Of a DNA stretch of 64,000 nucleotides, positions 32,046-41,727 are shown one piece after another (the stretch's first letter is position 1; every line of letters starts with the position of its first letter). The position numbers and the translations under genes are program-made. The notes beneath the pieces are model-generated. The model saw only the letters and a program-made list of their open reading frames with translations, did not search any database and was not told the origin of the DNA. This DNA is from a virus (lineage: Duplodnaviria > Heunggongvirae > Uroviricota > Caudoviricetes), in IMG/VR virus record IMGVR_UViG_2913177423_000001, positions 19,415-83,414 of that record, one strand, 5' to 3'.

Positions 32046-33234
32046 TTTCCTGAAAAACCAGGACGGGCGCTATATCACTGACGGCCTGTCCTCTAAGGAC
32101 TTCACGCGTATATTCGACCTTATCAGGAAAGAACAAACCCGTAAGCGCCGACAAGCTCACCGAACGCTTACACCTGGCAGACTGAGGAACAAATCCGCCG
32201 AAGATATTCTCAAGTTAGGGAAGAAGAAAGGCGGCACGTTCTTTACGCGAGACGATCTGAAAGGTTTCGAAAAGCTACGGAGTAAAACGCGCGAAAAATA
32301 TGACAGCAAGACGGCTGGCATTACATACGCCCAGCTGGTGGCGTCCAGCCAGGCTATCGATATTAAGCGTGCAAATAACGCCGTAGACGACGGTTCCGGT
32401 ATCAAAAGAGCTACGCCCGTATCTCTTCGCCACAACGTGATTAATATCCGCGTAGAAGCATCAGATATATCCGTCCACCAGCATCATATCGTCCGGATAC
32501 GCTTTGAAGAATGGGATCAGATGGTCGATGACATCGCAGAAGACGATAAATCAGCCCTGAAAGTCACTAAATCACTGTGTGCTGGGCGGGTATCTTTCGA
32601 TTGTGACTGTGGTCGTCATCAATACTGGTATCGTTACATCGCCACTGCGGGTAACTTTGCCCTGGCACCGCCAAAAGAATACGCCTATCCAAAAGTTCGC
32701 AACCCGAAGCTGCAAGGCGTCGCCTGTAAACACGTGATCCACTCAATGACGCGGTTACAGTCCGCCAGTTGGCAAATGAGTATTGCTCGTGCGCTACAAA
32801 AGGCTGCAACGCAAATTGCATTTGGTGACGATCGCCGCCGTACAACCAAACACTTCTCAAAAGAAGACGAGAAGGAGTTTAATCGCAATCGTAGCAGTAA
32901 AACGAACGTTGAAGCCGCCAAACGCGAATGGAGGCTCTATCAGAAACGCCAGGCCGCTTTAAGCACAAAACTGGCAAAGGACAACGGCAAGATTGACATG
33001 CTACGTGACCAGCTGACCAGGGCCAGAAAGTTGTCAGACGCACAGAAAAAACGAGCGGCAGCAAAAGAAGCGGCCTTGCAACGCGAGAAACAGAAAAACA
33101 AGGAGCTTCAGCAACGCCTTGCCGATCAGTTCGCACTGAAGAAGCAGGCGTTCATTGATGCGCTTGTCATGGCAGGAACGTCACCTGAGCAAGCTGAAAA
33201 AATGTTTATGGAGTATGTGAAGAAAGGTTCTTAA
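32038..33234 (+). CDS. SWIM-zinc-finger-like protein with basic coiled-coil tail
   Basis: CDCGRHQYWY...GVACKHVIH matches the CxC...CxH SWIM pattern; the C-terminus is Lys/Arg/Gln-rich coiled coil. Confidence 0.6.
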   Translation: MPDFLKNQDGRYITDGLSSKDFTRIFDLIRKEQTRKRRQAHRTLTPGRLRNKSAEDILKLGKKKGGTFFTRDDLKGFEKLRSKTREKYDSKTAGITYAQLVASSQAIDIKRANNAVDDGSGIKRATPVSLRHNVINIRVEASDISVHQHHIVRIRFEEWDQMVDDIAEDDKSALKVTKSLCAGRVSFDCDCGRHQYWYRYIATAGNFALAPPKEYAYPKVRNPKLQGVACKHVIHSMTRLQSASWQMSIARALQKAATQIAFGDDRRRTTKHFSKEDEKEFNRNRSSKTNVEAAKREWRLYQKRQAALSTKLAKDNGKIDMLRDQLTRARKLSDAQKKRAAAKEAALQREKQKNKELQQRLADQFALKKQAFIDALVMAGTSPEQAEKMFMEYVKKGS

Positions 33235-33267
33235 TTTACAACAAAGGCGGTTATCCCGCCTTTTATA

Positions 33268-34005
33268 TTACTTGTCCTTTGATGTCGATTGAGACTCATA
33301 TATTGCCTCTACGTCATCTATTAGTTTATTAATACCCCACAATCCAGTGTCTTTATAAAAATCGCTTTCTTCAATTGCTTTTAATAAATCGGCAAAATCT
33401 TCTTGGGTGGAAATTCTTTTCTTTTTTGCTTTATATACATCGACAATTACTTTTATGCCGTGATACAGAGCCACTCTGGCACTCTCAATCTCTCTCTTCT
33501 TCTCTTCAATTGCAGACAATAATTTATATTGATCTTCTGTTTGCTTTTCTAGACTTAAAAGCTTGTTCTCTTTTTGCTTCAGGTTGATCTGCAATTCTTT
33601 TATTCTTGCTCTCTCTTCTAAATCAAACTCATAGTCAATGTATCTGATTCTTGCATAGTTCCTCCCTGTTGCTTTTGATATACACATTGTTATATAAGGC
33701 ATTACCACTGACGCAGTGGTTCCATATATAAATGGCATAACAAAATGAGCCACAAACGGAGATACAACGATGGGACCAATATAAGGAAAGTGATATTTCT
33801 CGCCAACCCATACTATAGACAATGTTGTATATATATCGTACTTTGATTTAAATAAAATAATAATATCCTGCCAGTTAACGACAAAAAAAGAAACCACAAC
33901 ATATGCAAACAACTTATTAAATAACTTGTCTCTTATGGCTTCTTCGATTGTGTTCTTGACTGTGACATTTTCATCTTTATTTTCTAGTGATGAATCTTTG
34001 CTCAT
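33268..34005 (-). CDS. membrane-anchored coiled-coil protein on an AT-rich island; candidate exclusion/abortive-infection factor
   Basis: Three hydrophobic segments followed by heptad-rich LEERARIKELQINLKQKENKLLSLEKQTE. Visibly lower GC than its neighbours. Start could be the ATG at 34005 or the TTG at 34017. Confidence 0.6.
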   Translation of the reverse strand: MSKDSSLENKDENVTVKNTIEEAIRDKLFNKLFAYVVVSFFVVNWQDIIILFKSKYDIYTTLSIVWVGEKYHFPYIGPIVVSPFVAHFVMPFIYGTTASVVMPYITMCISKATGRNYARIRYIDYEFDLEERARIKELQINLKQKENKLLSLEKQTEDQYKLLSAIEEKKREIESARVALYHGIKVIVDVYKAKKKRISTQEDFADLLKAIEESDFYKDTGLWGINKLIDDVEAIYESQSTSKDK

Positions 34006-34066
34006 ATAAACAATCAAACCTTCTTATCTTTATTTTTGGTAAAGGCGGTCATCCAGACCGCCAAAC

Positions 34067-34426
34067 TCAAACACCAACCAGGCTTTCAAGAGGAATACCA
34101 AACTGGGAATGTAAACGACGAATCATAGGTAACGTCAAATTTCGTGTCCCATTAAGCACTTCGTAAACACGGTTTGACTTACCAATTGCCGGTTCCAGAT
34201 CCTTCACTGTCAGCCCTTGCTGTTCCATACGAAACTTAATGGCTTCAATAGGTGATGGTGGCTCTATTGGGTAATGCTTTTTCTCGTACTCTTCAATGAG
34301 CAGGCACATTACTTCAAAGAAATCGCCTTCCGGTGTGTTCATTTCCGGTTCGTTATCGAACATCGGTTCGACCGCACGCAGTGCGGCCTCATAATCTTGT
34401 TCTGTACGGATAGGTTTAATGTTCAT
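34067..34426 (-). CDS. higA: HigA antitoxin (XRE HTH)
   Basis: C-terminal GLTVKDLEPAIGKSNRVYEVLNGTRNLTLPMIRRLHSQFGIP resembles E. coli HigA; lies downstream of higB in the reversed TA order. Confidence 0.8.
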   Translation of the reverse strand: MNIKPIRTEQDYEAALRAVEPMFDNEPEMNTPEGDFFEVMCLLIEEYEKKHYPIEPPSPIEAIKFRMEQQGLTVKDLEPAIGKSNRVYEVLNGTRNLTLPMIRRLHSQFGIPLESLVGV

Positions 34427-34429
34427 GAT

Positions 34430-34732
34430 TTACTCCAGTTCTATTGTATCCGCTTCAATGGCATCGTATTCCTTATGTGTTCCAATAAACTTAACGAACA
34501 TCCATCCTCGCTGATAAGCAATTGCGACAATTAACCTGTAATCATTTCCCTTAATATTGAACACCACGCGCCTGTTTTTAAGGATGCTGGCTGTCCGGTA
34601 CTGTTCTTTGATCTCAGCCGGATTTTTCCAGTCAGCCTTTGTTGCTTCATCAACCCATGCCTTTAATGGCTGTTCTGCATCGGGATTCTTCGCCCAGAAA
34701 TCCCTTAGTGTTTTTACCGAAATTATTTTCAT
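34430..34732 (-). CDS. higB: HigB mRNA-interferase toxin
   Basis: MKIISVKTLRDFW...FNIKGNDYRLIVAI...GTHKEYD; GAAGGAA RBS before the ATG at 34732. Confidence 0.8.
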   Translation of the reverse strand: MKIISVKTLRDFWAKNPDAEQPLKAWVDEATKADWKNPAEIKEQYRTASILKNRRVVFNIKGNDYRLIVAIAYQRGWMFVKFIGTHKEYDAIEADTIELE

Positions 34733-34762
34733 CACAGATTCCTTCTCTCTGAAAGCAGAGTA

Positions 34763-34807
34763 GTCCCAATATGGGACAATGTAAAGCACTTTAGTCCCAT
34801 GCTGGGA
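34763..34807. promoter_or_regulatory. two palindromes upstream of higB (likely HigA operators)
   Basis: GTCCCAATATGGGAC (34763-34777) and TCCCATGCTGGGA (34795-34807). Confidence 0.55.
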
Positions 34808-34814
34808 TATGAAT

Positions 34815-34837
34815 TGAAATCACAATCTCCAGACAAT
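34815..34837 (+). promoter_or_regulatory. late-promoter-like box TGAAATCACAATCTCCAGACAAT
   Basis: Family member; its -10 overlaps the track ATG at 34836, which argues for a downstream start. Confidence 0.5.
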
Positions 34838-34877
34838 GCACCTTCGATACCTGATACATCGACCTTTGAGGATGCTT

Positions 34878-35669
34878 ATGGGCCGTTTTGACGAATGGTT
34901 TGCTGACGATGCAAACCTGGTAAGTAAGGAGTCAGAACATGACAGCACGCAGAGAGAAACGCCAGCGCCGATTGAAGAGGATGCAGGAGGCGCGCCGGAA
35001 CATGGCAATACCGGATCGGATTCATTCAGCATTCTGGAAGAGCAATCCACCGCCGAAGCTGATCGCCATGATAATTTCCCTGGTAGCGGCGGTAGTTTTA
35101 CTCCGGACACTGGAGAACCTGATATAGCCATTCTGCCATCTTCCCTGGCAGGCAGAGAACCAACTCCACAGCTAAAAACACGCTATAACGGGCATAAAGC
35201 CTTTAACGACCAGATCCGTGCTGACTGGATGTTAATTATTGAATCCAGCCCAGACGCGTTCCAGGCGCTCTTATACCGACCTGATGTCGGCACATATGGC
35301 GTGGTCAGCGACGAAACTGGAGAAGAGTCATTCACTGAACTGGATAACAACCAGCGCGAACTGACTTACCAGGAACCTGAAATCGTTTATGTGCTGGATA
35401 ACCCTGATGGGCGTGACTCTTTCCATGCTCTTGACTCAGACGGTGAGCAGGACGGTCTGACTGATGACGTCCTTATTCTGCGAATCGCCGCAAATAACGT
35501 ACCCGTCGGCTCAATTCTTGAGTGGAATGAAGAGATGGCAAATGGTGTAGCTCGCCGCTGGTGGTATGTACACCGTATTTTCAGTTACGGCACACAGCAT
35601 GTCGGCTCGCTTTACTACTGCATACCCGCAAGAAACTTTGATACGACTCAGAATGGGGTGATCGAGTAA
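34878..35669 (+). CDS. acidic late (virion/baseplate module) protein
   Basis: ATG at 34878 lies 6 nt after GAGG and downstream of the promoter box; TAATG overlap with the next gene. Confidence 0.6.
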   Translation: MGRFDEWFADDANLVSKESEHDSTQRETPAPIEEDAGGAPEHGNTGSDSFSILEEQSTAEADRHDNFPGSGGSFTPDTGEPDIAILPSSLAGREPTPQLKTRYNGHKAFNDQIRADWMLIIESSPDAFQALLYRPDVGTYGVVSDETGEESFTELDNNQRELTYQEPEIVYVLDNPDGRDSFHALDSDGEQDGLTDDVLILRIAANNVPVGSILEWNEEMANGVARRWWYVHRIFSYGTQHVGSLYYCIPARNFDTTQNGVIE

Positions 35670-36433
35670 TGTCAAACAATACCCTCCTGGCGCGGATCGG
35701 CGAATGGCAGACAACACGCACAGGGAAATTCCAGACTACTGGCCTTGAGAGCGTGGATAACGCGTTCGCTTCGCTCATTAGCAACATTTTTTCAGATATC
35801 TTGCTGGTGGAACCTACGCGAGAAGAAAAGCGTTTTGCATCGTTTCTGAATCGCCCACCAGCCGAACGTGTTTACGTGGCTCGTTTCGATAATGCTATTG
35901 AGTTTCTTAAAGCCGTGCGCCGCGCAAATGCCGGGCAAGGAAGAAAACCGGAAAACCAGAACATTAATCGCGATGCCTTGCCGTTGATCAACATCTCCCG
36001 GTCTATGGATATCAGCTATATCAATGATGATCAGCAGATAGACCGCAGGCAAACTGCCAGTTTTTGCAACCCGGATACTGGAATGCCTTTAGCGACTCTG
36101 GAATACACCCAGGCTATCCTGACTTATGACGTTACGTTAATGGCTACTGATAAAGCAACCATGAGTCTGATGTGTAATTCGCTGGGCGCGCGGCTCCGCC
36201 TGATGACCGGAACACAATTTGAGGCAAACACTAACCTGGTGCGTGTTCCTGTTCCTCTGATTTGCTCCATTCAGGATGCTAAAGACGTTGGATTTACGGA
36301 TGTTTCGGCACCCGTGGGAGAAGAGAGGATTTATGCTACTCAGGCACCTGTAAGCGTCATTGCGGATGTAATCACAGCCTGGGAATTGGACGCGAAACGC
36401 GTTGTTACTGAAACCTCGCTGGCTATGGGGTAA
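35669..36433 (+). CDS. late structural-module protein, 254 aa
   Basis: Translationally coupled within the baseplate gene block; no motif recognised. Confidence 0.6.
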   Translation: MSNNTLLARIGEWQTTRTGKFQTTGLESVDNAFASLISNIFSDILLVEPTREEKRFASFLNRPPAERVYVARFDNAIEFLKAVRRANAGQGRKPENQNINRDALPLINISRSMDISYINDDQQIDRRQTASFCNPDTGMPLATLEYTQAILTYDVTLMATDKATMSLMCNSLGARLRLMTGTQFEANTNLVRVPVPLICSIQDAKDVGFTDVSAPVGEERIYATQAPVSVIADVITAWELDAKRVVTETSLAMG

Positions 36434-36436
36434 TCA

Positions 36437-37417
36437 ATGTCCCAGGAGTTACAACAATACTTCCTCCAGTCAGTCACAATTAACGATAACAAAGTGCCAC
36501 GAGACTGGATTTTTACCGCAGTGTACGTGGAAAAGAGCAGCCTTAAAGCGCCGTTATTGAAGCTGGAAATTCATGACATGACAGGCACCATAATTGATGA
36601 CTGGAAAGCTAAATACGGTGCATCGCTGGTGGCTGAAATGGGCGATCCAAACGGTAATGCTGGCACTTTTAAAACAACTTTTTTTGTTACGTCAGCAATG
36701 CTGGCTGGGGATGTAGTTACCGTTATTGCGGTCAGTGAAGACGTGCATCGGTTTAAGATCCCCTCCCCTCGCACCAATCTACACACGAACAAAACGCCGG
36801 ACACCATATTCAAGGCGTATAGCGGCAATCTTAAAATTTCCAGCAGTGTCCTAAAGCGTGCGGTTACATATCACCTGAACGCAGGCGACAAGCCGTCAAA
36901 AATGCTCTCAGAGATAGCACGCGACAAAGGTGCATTGTGTTGGGTCTGCCGGGGAGAATTTAACTTTTACACCCTGGCTGATCTGATGAAGCAAACTCCA
37001 TCCTTCACCTACGAAGGTAATAATCCACAAGCGAAATACACCTTGTCAAAAATGCGCATGATTCAACAGGAACATGCGACAACAGCAAAGAATCAGTACC
37101 GTTTTGTGGGCTATTCCATGACTGATGGTTATATCGAATATGGCGATAGTTCCCTGCCTGTACGTTACATATCCGATTCCGATATGGAAACTCTTCGCAA
37201 TATGCAGCTGTCTCTCGTCCCCAAAATGGATATAGAAGTTGCAGGCAATCCGGATATAAAGCCAGGAATGCTGATAGAGATTCTTGTATACCGTTATGAT
37301 CAAGAAAACCGTATCGATGAATCAATGCCACGTAAGCTCATAGTGAAAAACGTCGCTCACTTTGAAGATCGTATAGGCTACACAACCAGAATGATATTAG
37401 GAGTGCCAAATAAGTGA
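36437..37417 (+). CDS. baseplate hub / gpD-like tail protein
   Basis: The size, position before the spike gene, and C-terminal ...VKNVAHFEDRIGYTTRMILG resemble P2 gpD-family ends. Confidence 0.5.
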   Translation: MSQELQQYFLQSVTINDNKVPRDWIFTAVYVEKSSLKAPLLKLEIHDMTGTIIDDWKAKYGASLVAEMGDPNGNAGTFKTTFFVTSAMLAGDVVTVIAVSEDVHRFKIPSPRTNLHTNKTPDTIFKAYSGNLKISSSVLKRAVTYHLNAGDKPSKMLSEIARDKGALCWVCRGEFNFYTLADLMKQTPSFTYEGNNPQAKYTLSKMRMIQQEHATTAKNQYRFVGYSMTDGYIEYGDSSLPVRYISDSDMETLRNMQLSLVPKMDIEVAGNPDIKPGMLIEILVYRYDQENRIDESMPRKLIVKNVAHFEDRIGYTTRMILGVPNK

Positions 37418-38067
37418 AGCGTAGAGCGCAGATAGTAGGAACCGAACACCCGGCAGGACTCATGCGCGCTCAGGTTCGAATTTTACCTGACTGGAATGGA
37501 GTTCCCGACGATGATCTCCCCTGGGCAGAATACCAGTTACCCATAGGTAACGCGTTTGTACCTACAGTAAAAGGCGACCTGGTATGGGTAGAGTTTCCTT
37601 ATCTGGATGTTAATGGTCGAATTGATACCAGACGCCCAATGATAGTTGGCGCGGCTCAGGATGCGCCTGGTGGAGTACCAAACGTCGCGCCGGAGGCGTC
37701 AGGCAATGGTAGCGGCTGGACGCCACCTGAAGTAGACGGAGCGCCTCCCCGCCCGCAATTTTCGGCGACAAAAGATTTCGTTATTCACCGCAACAATGTG
37801 CTCGAAGTGCGAACGGTTGGCGGTGGATATGAAATAGCGAATACGGCAGCAGGCTCAAGGATAGGAATGAATGAATCAGGGCAGATATACATCATTGGCC
37901 CGGCTGATGTAGTAGTGAATGCGGGAGGGAGTGTTAACGTCAAATCAGCCGATAACATCAGCGTTAATGGCAAAAACATTTCTGTGACAGCCGACGAAAA
38001 TATTGATTTCAAGGCAGGAGGCACCTTCCAGGCTATCGCAAGCAACTTTGATTTCAAGAAGGGATAG
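37414..38067 (+). CDS. baseplate spike (gpV / Mu gp45-like)
   Basis: N-terminal OB-like GDLVWVEFPYLD...PMIVGA, then a repetitive beta-helix-like tail (VVNAGGSVNVKSADNISVNGKNISVTADENIDFKAGG). Confidence 0.65.
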   Translation: MKRRAQIVGTEHPAGLMRAQVRILPDWNGVPDDDLPWAEYQLPIGNAFVPTVKGDLVWVEFPYLDVNGRIDTRRPMIVGAAQDAPGGVPNVAPEASGNGSGWTPPEVDGAPPRPQFSATKDFVIHRNNVLEVRTVGGGYEIANTAAGSRIGMNESGQIYIIGPADVVVNAGGSVNVKSADNISVNGKNISVTADENIDFKAGGTFQAIASNFDFKKG

Positions 38068-38077
38068 AAAACACATC

Positions 38078-38120
38078 CAATTGTGTTAGATAATTGAATA
38101 GAATTTTCTAACACAATTGG
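38078..38120. promoter_or_regulatory. 43-bp palindrome containing an inverted pair of operator-like 17-mers
   Basis: CCAATTGTGTTAGATAATTGAATAGAATTTTCTAACACAATTGG, located 7 nt upstream of rdgC. Confidence 0.65.
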
Positions 38121-38126
38121 TGAAAC

Positions 38127-39032
38127 ATGAGATCTGTCGCTTTCAAAAACATCTTCATCTATCGTCTTTCACGTGAAGTTAACTGGAGTGCCGCAGAAGT
38201 ATCCGATGCTCTTAGCAAATTCGTGTTTACTCCTTGCGGTTCTCAGGACACAGCTAAAGTCGGTTGGACACCTGTTCTTGGTGACAACCTCACCCATGAA
38301 TACCAGGGTTTTCTGCTAATACAGCATAAGCGAGAAGAAAAAATTCTCCCTTCGCAGGTGCTCAAGGAAGAGTTGCAGAAAAAAGTCCTGAAACTCGAAG
38401 AAGAGCAAGCACGCAAGCTGAAGAAAACGGAAAGAGACAGTCTTAAAGATGAAGTCCTGCATTCCCTTTTGCCTCGCGCGTTCACGAGAAAATCACTCGC
38501 CAAAATCCTGATCGACCGCAGCAACCATCTGGTATTCGTTGAGGCAAGCAGCGCCAAAAAGGCAGAGGATCAGCTGGCTTTATTGCGAAAATCGCTCGGC
38601 AGCCTGCCCGTCATTCCATTCACACCACGCGAACCGCTGGAAATCACAATGACCGAGTGGTTTAAAAACGGCTTCCCTGCCGGATTCACAGCAGGTGAAG
38701 ATGCCACATTAAAGGCTCTGTTTGATGATGGTGGTGCCGTTCGCTGCAACAAAGTTGATCTACAGTCCGACGAGATTATGTCTCACATTGAGGCGGGGAA
38801 AGTAGCTACGACCGTTGCAATTAACTGGATGGACCGCGCGTCGTTCAGAGTAAACGATGATATGAGTATCAAAGCCCTGACATTCTGTGATGATCTCTAT
38901 GACCAGAATGACGATATCGACCGGGAGGATGTAGCACAACGATTTGATGCTGATTTCGTGCTCTTTACGGGCGAATTATCTGCACTGTTTAACGCGCTGG
39001 TGGAGGCCATTGGCGGTGAAGCAGAACGATAA
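38127..39032 (+). CDS. rdgC: RdgC recombination-associated protein
   Basis: Colinear with E. coli RdgC as remembered ([67 protein letters not shown]). Confidence 0.9.
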   Translation: MRSVAFKNIFIYRLSREVNWSAAEVSDALSKFVFTPCGSQDTAKVGWTPVLGDNLTHEYQGFLLIQHKREEKILPSQVLKEELQKKVLKLEEEQARKLKKTERDSLKDEVLHSLLPRAFTRKSLAKILIDRSNHLVFVEASSAKKAEDQLALLRKSLGSLPVIPFTPREPLEITMTEWFKNGFPAGFTAGEDATLKALFDDGGAVRCNKVDLQSDEIMSHIEAGKVATTVAINWMDRASFRVNDDMSIKALTFCDDLYDQNDDIDREDVAQRFDADFVLFTGELSALFNALVEAIGGEAER

Positions 39033-39048
39033 TAACCGACCGCTTGTT

Positions 39049-39696
39049 GTGAGTGTGTGTGATTTTACGGGGGGAATGGTTGCCCCCTGGCTGGAATACG
39101 GTGTCGATGCCGCTATCGTCGATCCACAGCACTTATCGACCAGTGACGAGCTGATGCAATCAGGTGCCGTTCTGACGCGTATTAGTGCGATCATCGATAG
39201 CGATGAAGTATACGCTTTTCTCCGTAAGAATTTGCAGCGCATCGTGTTTCTGGCCGGGTTCCCACCGTGTACTGACCTGGCTGTTTCCGGCGCGCGCTGG
39301 TTTTCGGACAAGGCTAATAAAGATCCGGTCTTCCAGTTCAAAGCAATGCAGGTTGTCTGGCAGTGTTATGACATTGCAAAGATGATCGGTTGTCCGTACA
39401 TGATTGAAAATCCGGTCAGCAAAATATCGACATTCTGGCGTAAGCCAGATCACATCTTTCACCCTTACTTCTTCACTGCATATTGTCAGGAAGATAACTA
39501 CACCAAAAAAACATGCCTCTGGAGCGGCCAGGGCTTTGTCATGCCTGATGCCCTAATGGACGAATCATTAGGCAAGCCAGATAACAGAATCCATGCCGCG
39601 CCACCAGGGCCTGACAGGGCTAATTTTAGAAGTGCTACTCCACATGGATTCGCAAAGGCAGTTTTCGAAGCGAATAAGGGGGTGCTCTATGAGTAA
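39049..39696 (+). CDS. C5-cytosine-methyltransferase-like protein (short)
   Basis: CDFTGGM (motif I-like), GFPPCTDLAVSG (motif IV, PC dipeptide) and MIENPV (motif VI, ENV). GTG start chosen just after the rdgC stop; start uncertain. Confidence 0.6.
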   Translation: MSVCDFTGGMVAPWLEYGVDAAIVDPQHLSTSDELMQSGAVLTRISAIIDSDEVYAFLRKNLQRIVFLAGFPPCTDLAVSGARWFSDKANKDPVFQFKAMQVVWQCYDIAKMIGCPYMIENPVSKISTFWRKPDHIFHPYFFTAYCQEDNYTKKTCLWSGQGFVMPDALMDESLGKPDNRIHAAPPGPDRANFRSATPHGFAKAVFEANKGVLYE

Positions 39697-40594
39697 ATCT
39701 ATAGCAAGCATAGCCATAGAAAAACGGGATACGATGGCTGAAATTAGCTATATGCGCACCATTCGGACTCCGGATGAATATGAGCGTCCGATCTTCAAAT
39801 GGGTAGGTGGTAAATTCTCAGAATTGCCTACAGTGCTTGAGCATCTACCACACGGCAAGCGGTTAATAGAACCGTTCGTTGGTGGCGGTTCCGTATTTAC
39901 GAATGCAGGATTTCGCCACAACCTGCTTAATGATATTAACGGTGACCTGATTAACTTCTATCAGACATTGCAGCGGGAAGGACATTCGCTCGTCACGCTG
40001 TCATATAGTTTTTTCAAAAATTACAACAACGCTGACGCTTACCTCGAAGTGCGTGAGGCATTTAACAGAGGAAAGTATGACCAGCTACATCATGCTGCCG
40101 CCTTTTTGTACCTTAATCGGCACTGTTTTAATGGCGTAACACGGTACAACCAAAATGGCGATTTCAACGTGGGGTATGGCAAATACAAAGCGCCCTACTT
40201 CCCACATGCAGAGATGGAGGCGTTTTTGGCTGATGACGTACTCAAAAACACATCCTTTGTATCAGGTGACTTTGCTGGCGTCATCGAGGCGGCTGGTGAA
40301 GACGATGTGATTTTTTGCGATCCGCCGTATGAACCGCTGCCGGATACAGAGGGATTTACCAGCTATTCAGGAAATAGCTTCCGTTTCGATGAACAAAAAA
40401 GGCTTGTATCACTGTTGGTGGCTGCCCACCAGCGCGGCGCGAAGGTAGTGATAACAAACAGTGGCGCGCCCAAAATTCGCGAATTGTACGAAAGAAACGG
40501 TTTTAAGCTGTACCACATGCCAGCCAGACGGTCCGTGTCATGCAAAGCATCCACGCGAATAGTCGCTAACGATATCATTGCAACGCTCAAATAG
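39689..40594 (+). CDS. dam: Dam-type N6-adenine DNA methyltransferase
   Basis: FKWVGGK, EPFVGGGSV and DPPY motifs; its ATG overlaps the upstream stop. Confidence 0.9.
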   Translation: MSKSIASIAIEKRDTMAEISYMRTIRTPDEYERPIFKWVGGKFSELPTVLEHLPHGKRLIEPFVGGGSVFTNAGFRHNLLNDINGDLINFYQTLQREGHSLVTLSYSFFKNYNNADAYLEVREAFNRGKYDQLHHAAAFLYLNRHCFNGVTRYNQNGDFNVGYGKYKAPYFPHAEMEAFLADDVLKNTSFVSGDFAGVIEAAGEDDVIFCDPPYEPLPDTEGFTSYSGNSFRFDEQKRLVSLLVAAHQRGAKVVITNSGAPKIRELYERNGFKLYHMPARRSVSCKASTRIVANDIIATLK

Positions 40595-40595
40595 A

Positions 40596-40617
40596 AAAAG
40601 CCCCAGGCGGGGCTTTT
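40596..40617 (+). terminator. intrinsic terminator
   Basis: AGCCCC-aggc-GGGGCT followed by TTT. Confidence 0.7.
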
Positions 40618-40661
40618 GATGCCGATACAGTGTCAATTTGATATCAATATGGTTGTATATT

Positions 40662-40720
40662 AACACCATTACGGCACCACTTTGACACCATTATTGCACC
40701 GGTACATGATAGACACCAAT
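40662..40720. repeat. RCACCA repeat cluster downstream of the ParA/RHH operon
   Basis: aaCACCAtt, ggCACCAct, gaCACCAtt, tgCACCggt and gaCACCAat at roughly helical spacing. Confidence 0.5.
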
Positions 40721-40737
40721 GAGGCATCAAATCGGTA

Positions 40738-41022
40738 TCATTTTGCATCCTCTGACTCAGCAAGCATGAGGATGGCATGTCGAATCAGGTTCAATTTGCT
40801 GCGGTTAAGCTTTTTGCTTAACGCATCGAGCACCCCGTACTCATATTCATTAAAGCTCACGCGTATGGATTTAAAGTCACGCGGCGCATCTTTATCTGGA
40901 GTTTGAGTTGCAGCCTCAACGCCCGGCACCAAATCGGCTTTAATGGCGAACTCTTCAATGCGGCGCTCTAGTTCAGGGTCTTTTACAGCTTGTGCATTCA
41001 CTGGCTCACGGCGCTTAATCAC
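40738..41022 (-). CDS. ribbon-helix-helix partition/centromere-binding protein (ParG-like)
   Basis: C-terminal RVSFNEYEYGVLDALSKKLNRSKLNLIRHAILML is RHH-like; overlaps the parA stop. Confidence 0.65.
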   Translation of the reverse strand: MIKRREPVNAQAVKDPELERRIEEFAIKADLVPGVEAATQTPDKDAPRDFKSIRVSFNEYEYGVLDALSKKLNRSKLNLIRHAILMLAESEDAK

Positions 41023-41651
41023 GATAACAACTCCTTAATCAACATCTGGATCTCGCCCTTTGCTTTCCCGTTGTCCATTTCAACAACACCCTTCCCTTCT
41101 GCCATGCAGTCACGATAAATCTTACGGTCACGGACGACAGTTTTCAGGAGTTCAAGTTGCGGGTATTCAGCAAGATATTCCCTTGCCTCATTGGCTTCGT
41201 TAACGACCGGGTTGGATGGTGCCATAGTCAGCATGGCATACGCCTTAAGTTTAGGGTTGAAATCCATCGCCTCAGCTATAACCTCAACAAGGTGCGGTAG
41301 AGTATCCAGATCCGGCTGGGAAGGACGGAACGGCACCAGAAGCACATCTGCCGCTGTCATGCCTGTACGCATCTCACGACTGTCGCGACCAGCAGTATCG
41401 ACGACAACGTACTCGTAACGTTTATCCAGATCGAGCAGCGTCTCACGAATATTATCGAACTTCTGCACGCAGTGAATGACAGGGGCAACCTCACCTGCAT
41501 TACGGTCTGACGCCCATCGAGCTGCCGTTCCCTGTTTATCAGCATCAATCAAGACGACATCTTTGTTTTTTCGGGCCAGCTCGGCACAAATATTGACGCT
41601 GGTGGTTGACTTGCCACAGCCTCCCTTTTGACTTGCTACCAGGATAATCAT
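41019..41651 (-). CDS. parA: small ParA-family partition ATPase (type Ib, ParF-like)
   Basis: Deviant Walker A SQKGGCGKST; 210 aa with no N-terminal HTH. Confidence 0.85.
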   Translation of the reverse strand: MIILVASQKGGCGKSTTSVNICAELARKNKDVVLIDADKQGTAARWASDRNAGEVAPVIHCVQKFDNIRETLLDLDKRYEYVVVDTAGRDSREMRTGMTAADVLLVPFRPSQPDLDTLPHLVEVIAEAMDFNPKLKAYAMLTMAPSNPVVNEANEAREYLAEYPQLELLKTVVRDRKIYRDCMAEGKGVVEMDNGKAKGEIQMLIKELLS

Positions 41652-41727
41652 GTCCGCACCTCGGCTTTATTACGGCTCTATTTTCACACTAAAACAGTAC
41701 CGATTTAACACATCAACGGTACAGCAA

